Assembly: GCF_001194135.2 (NCBI RefSeq)
Contig: NC_068997.1
Span: 43,255,851 to 43,319,114 of the forward strand
Direction of reading: 5' to 3'
Origin: Octopus bimaculoides
Taxonomy: Eukaryota
Length of the DNA stretch: 63,264 nucleotides
Part shown: positions 26,671-39,800 of the stretch, piece by piece
Layout of the letters: the number at the start of each line of letters is the position of its first letter
How positions within the stretch are numbered: position 1 is the stretch's first letter
The notes under the pieces: generated by a model
What the model saw: the letters and a program-made list of their open reading frames with translations, nothing else
Database searches by the model: none
Told to the model about the DNA's origin: nothing
Translations under genes and position numbers: made by a program

Positions 26671-29600
26671 CAGATTTTGGCAGAAGGCCAGCAAATTCAC
26701 AGGAGAAGATAAGTTGATTACAGTGACCCCCAGTACTCAACTGGTACTTACTTTATCAAACCTGAAAGGATGAAAGGCAAAGTCAACCCTAGTGGAATTT
26801 GAACTCAGAATGTAAATATGGACAGAATGCCACTAAGCATTTTGCCTGGCTTGCTAACAATTCTGCCAGCTCACTGCCTGTAACAACAACAACAACAATA
26901 ATCCTTTCTACCATGAACACAAGGCCTGAAAATTTTGAGGAAAGGGGCTAGTGATTAACTGTTAGTTGACCCAAGTGATTAACTGTTATTTGACCCAAGT
27001 GATTAGCTGTTATTTGACCCAAGTGATCAGCTGTTATTTGACCCAAGTGATTAATTGTTATTTGACCCAAGTGATTAACTGTTATTTATTTCATCAACTC
27101 CAAGAGGATTAAAGGCAAAGTTGACCTTGGCGACATTTGAACTTTGTCAGAAGAAATGCATTTTGAATGGCACAATAATAATTCTACCAGCAACCAATTT
27201 CCATTTGTTTTCTTTAATAAGTTTATGTTAGAAGCAGAAGCTTAAGCTAACAAAACAATTATACAATACTAGCACAGTCACTGCTAACAAGAGTTTTGTA
27301 TGTACTTATATTACACATATATAAGTACATATATACATTTGAGTATATATACATTTGAGTCAATACATATGCTGTAGGCAGACATGAATTTTAAATATTT
27401 TAGGCAGGAGAGGGAGAGTCATGTTCACAGACAAAGATGAAATTGTTCTTTATAAACTTTTTTGCCTCTTTTACTTGTTTCACTCATTGGACTGCAGCCA
27501 TGCTGGGGCACTGGCTAAAGGGTTTAGATGAACAAATTGACTCCAGTGCATGTTTTTTAAGTCTGGTACTATCAGTCTCTTTTGTCAATCCACTAAGTTA
27601 TGATGACATAAACAAATCAACACCACTGTCAAGCGATGGGAGTGGAGGGACAAATACAAACTAAAAGACACACACACACACACACACACATATGTATATA
27701 CATACACACAAACACAGTTTCCATCTACCAATTCCCTCAAAGTATTGAGTCAGCCCAGGACTATAATCAAAGACATTTGCCCAAGATACCATGCAGTGGG
27801 ACTGAACCCAAAACCATATGGTTGTAAAGCAAGTTTCTTAACACACAGCCATGCCCAGACCTATTGAAACCAATTTACATTTTTTTTGTCCTATATCATC
27901 AAACTTTATTACTCACTACTAATTTCCTCAAACACTGACATTTATTTATTAAATAAAATCTTAGCATGATACAGGACTGCCCCAGTTTATCACCGTATTT
28001 ACAGAACCCCAAAAGGACCCAGTTTCTTCCAGTGACAAGAGTCAGGATTTGGTCTCAAGATGCACAAAGCCAAAACAATGTTCAAAACATTCCATTAATC
28101 CACTGCCCTTGACTCTAACTCCTTCTGCTGATCCTGAAAGGATAAAAGCCAGAGCTGACCTAGATAGTATTTGAAACCAGAGCAAAGAGAACCAAACAAA
28201 TTCTGCAAGGAATTCAATCCAATGTTACTATGACTGCCTATTTGATACCACACAATAAATGCTATGGAATAAAAGCAGCCAATTATTTTCCAATGAAGAA
28301 CACAGCAAACCTATTAGGTGACATAGTTAAATAAAGCAAAAACATTAAGTGAAACTGGAGTTTGCATTCTGTGTCAATCAGAACAGATAATAAGATAAGA
28401 TGGGTCAACTGAGATAGATTACTTAAATAAAAAGCACTTATAGTTGACCTTAGAAATGCTTTTCTTTTATAAAGACAAACAGATCTTAACCTAGTATTAT
28501 CATCATTTATATTTTTTTTGTTTTAAACCTTCAATATTCACATTATTCTGTCAAAATTAATGTGTATTCATTTATTGTGAATTAATCACACATTATCTTG
28601 TAGCTTTGAGATTTCAATGATGTGATTGTATATTTTTCAAACGACATTGTAGTATAGGTGTAAAAGGTCAGATTCTGACACTTTGAACATTAAACTGAGA
28701 AAAAAATTGGGAAAGATATGGCTGGTTTAAAAGTTAAAGGTTTAATGAACTTTCATTAGAAATAGTGATTAATGGTTACTAAAAGTGGTGCAAGACTACA
28801 TTTCAAAGAAGAGCTGATTATACTGACACTTAGTACTAAACTGGGTACTTGTTTTATTAAATCCAGAAGGATGAAGAGTAAAATCAATCTTGGTAGGATT
28901 TGAACTCAGTACATAGAGAGATATAACTAAAGATTGTAAAGTATTTAGTCTTATGCTCTATCAATCTTGCTAATTTACTACCTTTAATAATACTGGTTTC
29001 AAATTTTGGCACAAGGCCAGCAGTTTCGAGGGAGAGGGTAAGTCAATTACATCAACCCCGGTATTCAACTGATAGTTATTTTATGAACCCTGAAAGGATG
29101 AAAGGAGAAGCAGACCTTGAACTCAGAATGCACAGATGGACAAAATGCCGCTAAGCATTTTGGCTGGTGTGCTTATGATTCTGCCAGTTTACCACCTTCC
29201 CAACTTTAATAATTTTGATTTCATTTATTGGCCAAAGTATTGAGGACAATACAAGGATGAGATAAAAACACACAAAATGGGATTCACATCACGCAAAAGA
29301 AGATCAACAAAAATGAAGGGTAGAAGAAAAATTCCCCAATAGTGGGGAAAGATCAGCTGGGGTAATTCAGAGAACCCAACCCACACAAAATCCACAATTA
29401 TTCTGCCACATATAAGGCATCAAAAGTCCCTTCTCCCAGATTTTTTTATCCTATTTAGAAAAGTATATTCAGAGGAGGCCCATTCGATCTTACCAGTCTT
29501 ACTATCTCTCACCTATTTTTTGTTAAACACACAGGAAGACAGCACCTCTTTCTTTATACTCATCTTCCCCTTCAGTGATATTTGACAAAGTTGATGTGAG

Positions 29601-32600
29601 TTAGGCCAGAAATGAAAACATCCGTTTTCAAACCTTTCAGACTACCACACCATTTCTTCTGCCACAATCACCTAACAGAGAAAGACTAACCATTCTCCCC
29701 TGCCAAAGGGAGGTGACACATTGCTCTTCACACGACAGCAGCTGTTTGACACAAGTCGCTAATGTGGGAGCACTGAACAATAGCATGAAGGATGGTTTTA
29801 TTGCTCTTAGTGCATCTTGAGTAGATTCATCAGCTGACACCACTGTACTTGTAGAGCTAGTCTTGAATAAGTAATGCTCCACTGTAGCACTGCCATGCTA
29901 AGGAATTTTGGAAGTTACCTAGAATCTCTCATTAGAAAGTCCTCCAGAAAAAACTGTTCAGGCTAATCTTGTCAACACCCAGAGTAGCTCCCTGGTCATC
30001 ATCAATCATACCCTCCACTAAATCACTATAGAATGCATTGGGTTGATTCCTGCTGATAGTGTTGTCTAGCTGGTATAATGCTTTGACTGTCAGCAGCATT
30101 CTAGAATGCCACACACCCAACTGCAGTCTACACTTGACCCATGATCACAGCTGTAGAAAAATGTATCACAAAAACAGCACCAATACCAGCTTGCCTCTAT
30201 TTGTTGTCATCATTATAGTGGTTAAGACATTTCTGTAGGTGCATCTGCTTCAATGCATGTCAGTACAACATTGGTGATGACATCCCAAGATTACCACAGA
30301 ATGGGTGACAAACAGATAGATTACCTAACAAGAGGAACCTGGTCCTTCCATAAGCAGCTTAAAAGCATGCACTCCTCCAGCCTGTTCAGATATTTCTTGG
30401 AACAAGGTACAGCAATTAAGTGGTAGCATACTACCAAAGAAATGCAGATATTAGCCACTTCTATCCAACTTAGACACAAGACTTTAATTTTGAATGAGAA
30501 TAATGATTATAATGACACTTAGTAATTAATTAGATGAAAACATGAAGGGATGCGACTAAATGGCTCGAAGCATTGGTGTCCAACAAAATACTTTCATTAA
30601 ATTTGAGTGAAGATTATGAGTGTGTATGCATGTTAAAGCCACATTTGGGTGCACACGTAATGGTCATAAGAAAAAATTCCCAAACTGAGTGACTGGATAG
30701 AAATTTACTTTTAAATTTCTCTTTCATATAAATATTTTGTCTGCTTTCACATTTGGCTTCAACCTTTATTCAATGCTAGATCAAATTAGATCTTAAAATG
30801 CAAACTTTCTTTAAGCATTTCAAGTGACCACTTACAAGCTCCCTGGTCCAGGTTTGTATAGTACAGGATAGTGAGCCTGTAGGCCCCTAATTACAGCAAA
30901 GCATTATATTTTGTGGTTGTGAGGTTAAGATCCTTGCTTCCTAACTACATGGTTTCAGATTCAGTCCCACTGTATGACACATTGGGCATCTTCTTCTATA
31001 GCCCAGGGCTGACTAAGACTTTGAGAATGGATTGAGTTGATGGAAACTGAAAGAATCCATTCATATATTTATATGTATTTAATAATAAATTAGTGAGATC
31101 CAGTATGGTCATGATACAGATAGTTGATTAGCTTCAAGCATAGACAAAGCTTGTATAAATAATACATAGATGATAAGCAATCAATAAAGTTTATTAATTA
31201 GTGTATCCAATACACTTCCTCCCATATTGAATTAGATGGAAATTCTGATAAGATGACTGCCACTATACAACTCCAGCATACAGCAAAAAATGTTACTGAT
31301 TATGTGGTGATAAATTAAGGACAACCTCAAGACACTGAGCCTTATGGAAGAGATGACTAAGGAGTGAGATATCTGGTGCCTGGCTGTATTCAAGAAGACC
31401 CATCCTCCACAGCAGAAATGATAATGTTGCTTTACCTGCATGTGTCTTCCTTGAGAAAGTGCTATGCTGCACTGACAAGATGTGCGCTGCTTTCTCCACA
31501 AAGTCTACACAGCTGGTCTTCCCTCAAACCCCATCTGTGCAGGTTTGTTGGTATCAGGTGTGTTATACACTGCCTGCAGCAGGAAGGAAATGTGGAAAGG
31601 CTTTAGTCTCCACAGGTCAGTCCATATGACCTTCCTCTTAGGGAGGTCCTATTTAGTCCAAGTACCCTGAGATACCAGCTCCACAGCTCTTGATTTTCTT
31701 CTTTCCTCCTCCTGGTACCACATTTTTGCCTGGACCATAGCCCTCCTCGCCCTGATGTCTGCCTTCTTCCATTGTTGGAAATGGGAAGAACTGAGACCCT
31801 GGCAACCTCTACATGTAACTCCAAGACATATACATCAGGTCATTAAGAATGAAATGTCCGACTTTCTTATGCACCAAGTTTGACAGTTGTCAATTCTAAT
31901 GTTTTATCCTTACAATTCTTTGTTTTACAACATTGAAGAGCTACACCATCACTTTTCAAAATGCAATTTATCATGTCTAATTATATTGTGAGTTTTCTCA
32001 TGTAAATCAATTTTTGTGAACCCATGGATAGATCAAAAATTTGTGTTGCTTATGAATATGAGTTCTGTCATGGGACCAATGCATCCCAGACAGCTTGAAA
32101 CATCAATAAAGTGTTTGGTGAAGACGTGGCGAATGAGCACACTGTATGTCAATGGTCCGAGAAGTTCCAGTCTTGTGACTTTACTCTTGAAAATCAGCTT
32201 CGTGGTAGATCTCAGTCCAAGGTGGCTGAGCTGGAAACTGTAGTGGAAGTGGATACATCTCAAACTACACGTGAGTTAGCAGCAAGGTTTGATGTTTCAA
32301 TTCCAAATGTATTGGGCTACCTGAAACAAATTGGCAAGGTAAAAAAAGCTGCACAAGTGGGCACCACACAAACTGAACAAGCATCAAAGGACACATCATG
32401 AAACTTGCTGTTCTTTGCTGTCATGGTGTAAAAGTGAACCATTTTTGCATCGCATTGTTATGTGTGATGAAAAAGGATTCTTTTCAACAATAGCATGCGT
32501 TCCATATATATAACTGCATGTGAATGCCTACATGTACATGTGTATGTATATGTATATAAATGTATGTATATATATGTACATTAATATATATATATATATG

Positions 32601-35600
32601 TGAGTGTATATTTATATTTGCTCATATGTGAATTGATACATACATATCATGTGTATGTGTGTGTGTGTATTCTTTGTTATGTATTCATGTATACAGTTCA
32701 TTTGTATACTTGTCTAACTTTATTTTATGTACATATTGATGTCTGTATGTGGGATTGTACAACTATCTTACAAATGACACTATATCCGGTGGCTTTTATC
32801 TTTTTTATATTCTTATCACTTCATCCCTTCTTTTCCATTTCGCTATCTTATAATGATAATATTCCTTTCTATTATAGACACAAGGCCTGAAATTTTGCAG
32901 GAAGGGGCTAGTTGATTGCATCAATCCCAGGGCACAACTGGTACATATTTTATCAACCTCCAAAAGGATGAAAGGCAAAGTTAACCTTAGCAGAATTTGA
33001 ATGTAAAGACAGACAAATTGCCACTAAGCAATCTGCTGTCAGTTCACCACCTTATCTTATAATGATAATATTAATCACCTACAAACTCTCCATAACCACT
33101 CCATAAATGCCATCTGTACAGATAAGAGAATGACCTTCCTAAAAGCACAGGCATTTCTACTTCATTGGAGTTTGTGTATAGAGGAGTGATTATGATCAGT
33201 TGCTTGACCATATCACATGTTCAATCCCCCTTCGACTGTTGAAACCGTATGAATTTTTTTCCCAGTTTCTCTTGGTGAATTTTTACAAATGAACTTGTAA
33301 GAGACAGGTAGAAAAGTACCTGAAAAGAAAAAATAGTGAACGTCTGTGAAGCACCTTAAAGTTACATAACATTCATTCATTGAATATGAATGTACACACA
33401 TGTATGTGTATGTGCGTATTTGTATCCTCTTGTCTTATCACATGATAATTGTAAAAGAGTATTATTGCCAAAGAAGCAGTGTCATCCATATCAAATATTC
33501 TGTGAAAACATGTATGGTCATGGGGAAATATTACCTTGCTTGGAAACAGGTGAAGGTTGGCAACAGGAAGAGGTATCTGGCTGGAGAAAATCTGCCTCAA
33601 CAAACTCCATCAACTCATTCAATCATGGAAAAATGGACATAAAAATGATGATGCTGGTGATGTTCTTAAATTCTTTAAAAATCAGTAAAAGTTGATTTAC
33701 ATTTTCTTATTTTCCTATTTATAATTAACTTTTAAGAATATTTTTTGTCTTCTATTTGCTAAACATAAGTTCCTTGGATACAGACTTATAAAGCCAGTCC
33801 AAGGTGAGGAATTAGTAGAACCATTAACACATCAGGCAGGATGCTTTGTGATATCTATTCCAGTTCTGTGTGTTTTGATTTCAAATCCTGCTTCTTCTGT
33901 CAGGTGTTGTAACAAACATAGAATTAGCAATATGGGAAATGAATGGAAATCTAGTTTCCTTGGTTCAATCAGAAGATGAACTACCACCGCCGTCATATTA
34001 CATATAATTCAATGTGATCTTTAAATATATAAAAAAAAAAAAAGGTTCCCCACTCCTTCAATAGCTTGTTGCTACTTAGCTCCAGATTAGCTCTGTTCAA
34101 GCAGACCCACATCCAAAACATTCCAGTTGCATGATCACATACACACAACTATGTATTATACTTAATGTAAATACATCATTGAAAGGCAAATTTACTGTGG
34201 TATTCATCCAAAGATATCTCATGCACATGATGGCTGTGTAGTAAGAAGCTTGCTTCTCAACCACATGGTTCCAGGTTCAGTACCACTGCATGACATAGCC
34301 TCAGGCTGATGAAAGCCTTGTGAGTGTATTTGGCAGACAGAAACTGAAAGAAGCCTGTCATAAATATATATATATATATATANNNNNNNNNNNNNNNNNN
34401 NNNNNNNNNNNNNNNNNNNNNNNNNNNNNNNNNNNNNNNNNNNNNNNNNNNNNNNNNNNNNNNNNNNNNNNNNNNNNNNNNNNNNNNNNNNNNNNNNNNN
34501 NNNNNNNNNNNNNNNNNNNNNNNNNNNNNNNNNNNNNNNNNNNNNNNNNNNNNNNNNNNNNNNNNNNNNNNNNNNNNNNNNNNNNNNNNNNNNNNNNNNN
34601 NNNNNNNNNNNNNNNNNNNNNNNNNNNNNNNNNNNNNNNNNNNNNNNNNNNNNNNNNNNNNNNNNTATATATATATATATGTATGTAAGGCACATGGTTT
34701 AGTAGTTAGGGTGTTGCACTCATGATCGGGAGATCGTGGGTTCAATTCCCAGACCGGGTGTTGCATTGTGCTCTTGAGCAAAGCACTTCATTTCACCTTG
34801 TTCTACAATCATTTCATCACCTGACATGTGGCACATGGTGCACCTGTACAGGTAATGTCGATTTTGTAGAGAGAGTCAGCTTATGTGCATACAAACATTT
34901 GATCACTATAAACAAATCATCTGTATGCAAGAAATTGCCGAACCCTCATATGTCGTCTAATGATGGGAAAGTCCACACACACACACAGATAGATAGATAT
35001 CATTTGTGCAGGTTGTTCGGCAAAAGCTGAATGTTAATACATCGTCTTTGACATAAGAGTCCATCATATATATGTATATATGAGGGAGAAGAAAATAATT
35101 CCAGTAACAGTTAACAAGAATGCTTGATGCATTTTGGCCATGTTGGGCCTTATCAATGGCATTGGCATGTAATTGCAGACAGCCACATTGGTATGGCACA
35201 TAGCAGCCAGGTTGAATAAAATCCATTATATGCAATAGAAGCAGTATTAAAATAGCCATCTATGTAGCAGGCAGGCAATACAATTTGCAATACAACTAAA
35301 TGTTTTTCACCGTTTTTCTGTAAAGACAAATCTCATTTAAGCTAACTGTTGAGGCTGAAATGCATCTGGCATTCTCGCTAACTGCTGTTGGAATGATTTT
35401 TGTTTCTCTTCGATATATATTGTTTTTAAACACATCATATCCATAAGAGATGTTATTTCTGGATGAATACTGCAGTAAATTTACCTTTCAACAATGTATT
35501 TACAATAAATATAATAAAAAGATGGCGAATTTAATGAAATGCTGCTTCTATTGCCCATAACACATGAAAATTGAAAATTATCCAATTAGACATTGAGATG

Positions 35601-36843
35601 GAATCCAACAAAGAAATGAACACTGATTGTGTAACACCAAAACTTATCCAGATATTCTATTAGCGACCTCAATTATAATCAGGTTAAAGTACCTGTTACC
35701 TGGCTGTGTTCCAGACTCTCTCAACTTCAACAACAACAACTATGCTGACCAAGTTTCACTCCTAATGATGATGCAATAATTGCAAATATGTAGAGAGAAA
35801 ATAACAATCAGAAATTACTCATTTTACCCCGGCTACTAATTTTGCACCCACCTCTCTCTCTCTCTTTATATATATATATACATATTTACAACTCCTAAAT
35901 GTACTTTACATCCTTACCTTATTTATATTGAAATTCCCTCAACTATCTCTGTTTAATTCATTCTTCTATTACTATAATTCTATTTACCTACTCTATCTTA
36001 CCTCCAACCAACCTGTAAACCCCTCACCTGAACACATAAAAATACAAATCATAAATAGTATCATTCAGTCTACTATAATGAATCCATAAACAAACATATA
36101 AAACACTGAAGGGTATATCTATTGCTCCCTCTGAAGATATTATACTTAGAAATGATGTTTTGCAAACAACTTGCACATACAAGTGCTACCAGTCGAGAGC
36201 TCCACATACCAGAAGCCAGCAAGTGTACAGGGTCATCAGGAGAGAATGTGTGCCATTTCAGGGCCTACTTCTCGACGGCATCAATGCGCACCAGCCCCAC
36301 CTCACTGATATGAGGCCCCGCTTGCTAGATCAACTGGTTATCAAATAAAGCTCAATATTCTTCTAGCCATCGCTCATCGTCTCTTTTTAACCAAATCCAG
36401 TGGCTAGCCTTTTCCACTGTATTTTGGATATCACTCATGGTGGTATTTATCTTACGATGATTTAGGTCTAACGATAACAGCAGTCGTCTCACACTGTGTT
36501 CAACAAACCCTCTACATCCAACTTCGACTGGTAAATGCTTCACTTTCCAACCTGCATCTTTACATTCCTCAAGGAGGAATATGAACTTAACATTTAATCA
36601 ATTCACTGTGTATAATTGAAACAGCTGTAAGGGATACTGTTCAATTTGCTGTTGATAATAAACCCTTATTAACTTCACAATCTCCATTTTCTTCTTCCTT
36701 TATATGAATATAAACTACAGATTTTTATATATATACCTATTATTTTAGGGAAATCAATTTTCCCCCCCAAAATATTAGGTATTGAACCAGTATTTCCTTG
36801 GATGACACCATCCTTTCATGAGGCTAAGACAATGTCTAATCAA

Positions 36844-36883
<40 letters not shown>

Positions 36884-39800
36884 CTTATATATATGTAGTG
36901 AAACTACCTCCCGCCATTAGATACAAACTACTATCGCCATTACATACAATCTTCTCATTTAAATATAAATAAATGCCAGCGTAGTAGAGAACCCATTCCT
37001 TGTCATCACGTGACTGATTATTATTCGAATCGGCAACTTCTTCGAACCTTTCCCGCCAGAACGCAAACTGACCAATCACGGCCCCTAATAAGGTCACGTG
37101 ATAGAGTAAAATTCTGAAGCCATCGGGAGCCCATAGTTTGTTATAAATAGCTTTAACTCGGCAACCAAATTTGTCTCGGTCCAGTTTCTCTTTGAGAACT
37201 GTTCCGTGTACCACNNNNNNNNNNNNNNNNNNNNNNNNNNNNNNNNNNNNNNNNNNNNNNNNNNNNNNNNNNNNNNNNNNNNNNNNNNNNNNNNNNNNNN
37301 NNNNNNNNNNNNNNNNNNNNNNNNNNNNNNNNNNNNNNNNNNNNNNNNNNNNNNNNNNNNNNNNNNNNNNNNNNNNNNNNNNNNNNNNNNNNNNNNNNNN
37401 NNNNNNNNNNNNNNNNNNNNNNNNNNNNNNNNNNNNNNNNNNNNNNNNNNNNNNNNNNNNNNNNNNNNNNNNNNNNNNNNNNNNNNNNNNNNNNNNNNNN
37501 NNNNNNNNNNNNNNNNNNNNNNNNNNNNNNNNNNNNNNNNNNNNNNNNNNNNNNNNNNNNNNNNNNNNNNNNNNNNNNNNNNNNNNNNNNNNNNNNNNNN
37601 NNNNNNNNNNNNNNNNNNNNNNNNNNNNNNNNNNNNNNNNNNNNNNNNNNNNNNNNNNNNNNNNNNNNNNNNNNNNNNNNNNNNNNNNNNNNNNNNNNNN
37701 NNNNNNNNNNNNNNNNNNNNNNNNNNNNNNNNNNNNNNNNNNNNNNNNNNNNNNNNNNNNNNNNNNNNNGCTGTAAACACTCATACACACATGTATCACT
37801 CACATACACACTTTTCTTTGTATGACGGCCTGTCTTTGATTATGTTATTATATGTCGCATTCACACTCTCACACAGACATACACTTTAACGCCATAATAA
37901 ATATCTCTGTTATTCCTCTTATACGGTTGTGGTCTTTCATTACTGGTCATCTATGTTATCGTCGCATAACATATCATATATATCATCCATCGATATATAA
38001 TTGTGTGTTCGACCGTGTGACACGTTTAAATAAAAGGAGTCCTGTTTTTCCATTCGTCACCATTTCTCCTTTTTGAGTTCGCACGGTCGTTCCCTTACAT
38101 ATATATATATATACATACATATAAATGTTATCTTTTTTTTACTTGTACCGTCATTGTAAAATTTTTAGTTGAATGTATCAATCCCAAGATTTTTTCTTTT
38201 TTTTTTTAAAACCTGGTACTTATTCTATCAGTCTCTTTTGCGAAACCACTAATGTTACAGGTACACAAACACACCAACACCAGTTAAACACAGACACAAA
38301 GGCATACACACACACATAGATATACATATATATGATGGGCTTTTTCCAGTTTCTGTCAACCAAATCCACTCACTTGGTTGACACTTGCCCAAGGTGTCAC
38401 ACAGTGGAACTGAACCCCGAACCACATTGTTGGAAAGCAAGCTTAACACACACACATACATACATACATACATACACATATATGTATGTGTGTGTGTATA
38501 TATATATTCTTTTATTTAAGTCATTTGAGTGTGGCCATGTTGGAGCACCACCTCAAAGGATTTTAGGTGAACAAATCGGCTCCAGGACTTATTTTCTAAG
38601 CCTGGTACTTCTCACGGGTACTTTTGCCGAACCGCTAAGTTACAGGGACGTAAACACACCAACATCGGTTGCCAAGCGGTGATTTCGGGGGNNNNNNNNN
38701 NNNNNNNNNNGGGGGGGGGGGGACAAATACACACACGTGTGCGTGTGTGTGTATACATATATATACGACGGGCTTCTTTCAGTTTCCGTCTACCAGATCC
38801 ACCTACAAGGCTTTGGTCGGCCCGAGGCTATAGTAGAAGACACTTGCCCAAGGTGTCACCTAGTCGAACTGAACCCGGAACCATGTGGTTATATCGGTAC
38901 TACTAAAATACAGAGGTTCCGCTTAAACACAGAGATCCCGATGCATCTACGTAACGATATGTTTTTACAGTGCACACTCGTTAGGGTTATTTTAGGGCTA
39001 GTTAGGTTTAGGGTTACGTAGATGCGTCGGGACCTCTGTATCAAAGTAGTACCGTAATATCAATACATGTATGTATATGTGTAACGTGATGGTAGTTTTC
39101 CAAATCGTTATCTATGTACTTTAATGTAACTAAAACGCATGTGGTCACTAAACTAAAAAGAAAGTGTAGTTTTAATTTGTTAACAATTTAAAATTATGCA
39201 ATACGAGTTTCTGTAAGAGCGAAATTATAAGCCGTATACCGAAATTAATGGTCATACTTCAGAATTACTGTAACCTGAGGTGGCCATAATGCGAGGTATG
39301 CCTGTAGTATCTTTATTCAGTTTGTTTTGCCCCATTCACAAAACACTATCTTGTAGGTTAAACACAAATAAGTTTGCCACAGCTGACAGAGCACTCGTAT
39401 TGTAAAGAAAGGGGACAAATCTCACAAAGTATTTTGTGGAACACCTAATAATTTCGTAAATCTCTCGTGCTGGAAGGTTAGGGTTAGGGTTAGGGTTAGC
39501 TGTCAGAATTGAAAGTAGAACTGACAAGGAACGTTACTGCTGGTTTGAGTTGATTCTTTGGCTACTGACTAGCCGGAGCTATCTATCTGTCTGTCAGTCT
39601 GTCTATCTCACTATCTCTCTCTCTATCTATCTATCACTCGTTCACCTCTGTTTGTGTCCGTAGAATTTATCAAATTAGAAAACGCAAATTTAATATAAAA
39701 ATATATTTTCTGAAATTGCAAATTATTTAAAATATAAAAATATAATTTTCAACAGAGAGAATTTATCAAAATAGAAAACAAATGAAGTTTGAAGTTTTAA

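Larger units (their letters stand above)
26385..27190 (-). mobile_element. Three tandem family B SINE copies, CpG-decayed
   Basis: Same core; the third copy carries a 24-bp minisatellite. Confidence 0.82.

Noticed and set aside
26951-27087. CRISPR-like regular array
   Set aside because: The units are contiguous with no unique spacers, the context is a eukaryotic SINE, and there are no cas genes.
29600-31800. GC-richer stretches with short ORFs in intron 1
   Set aside because: Multiple stops and no splice-compatible homology; consistent with very old LINE debris but not classifiable by eye.
39478-39499. True telomere or chromosome-fusion scar
   Set aside because: There are only 3-6 units, embedded in MITE-like elements, with no head-to-head array.
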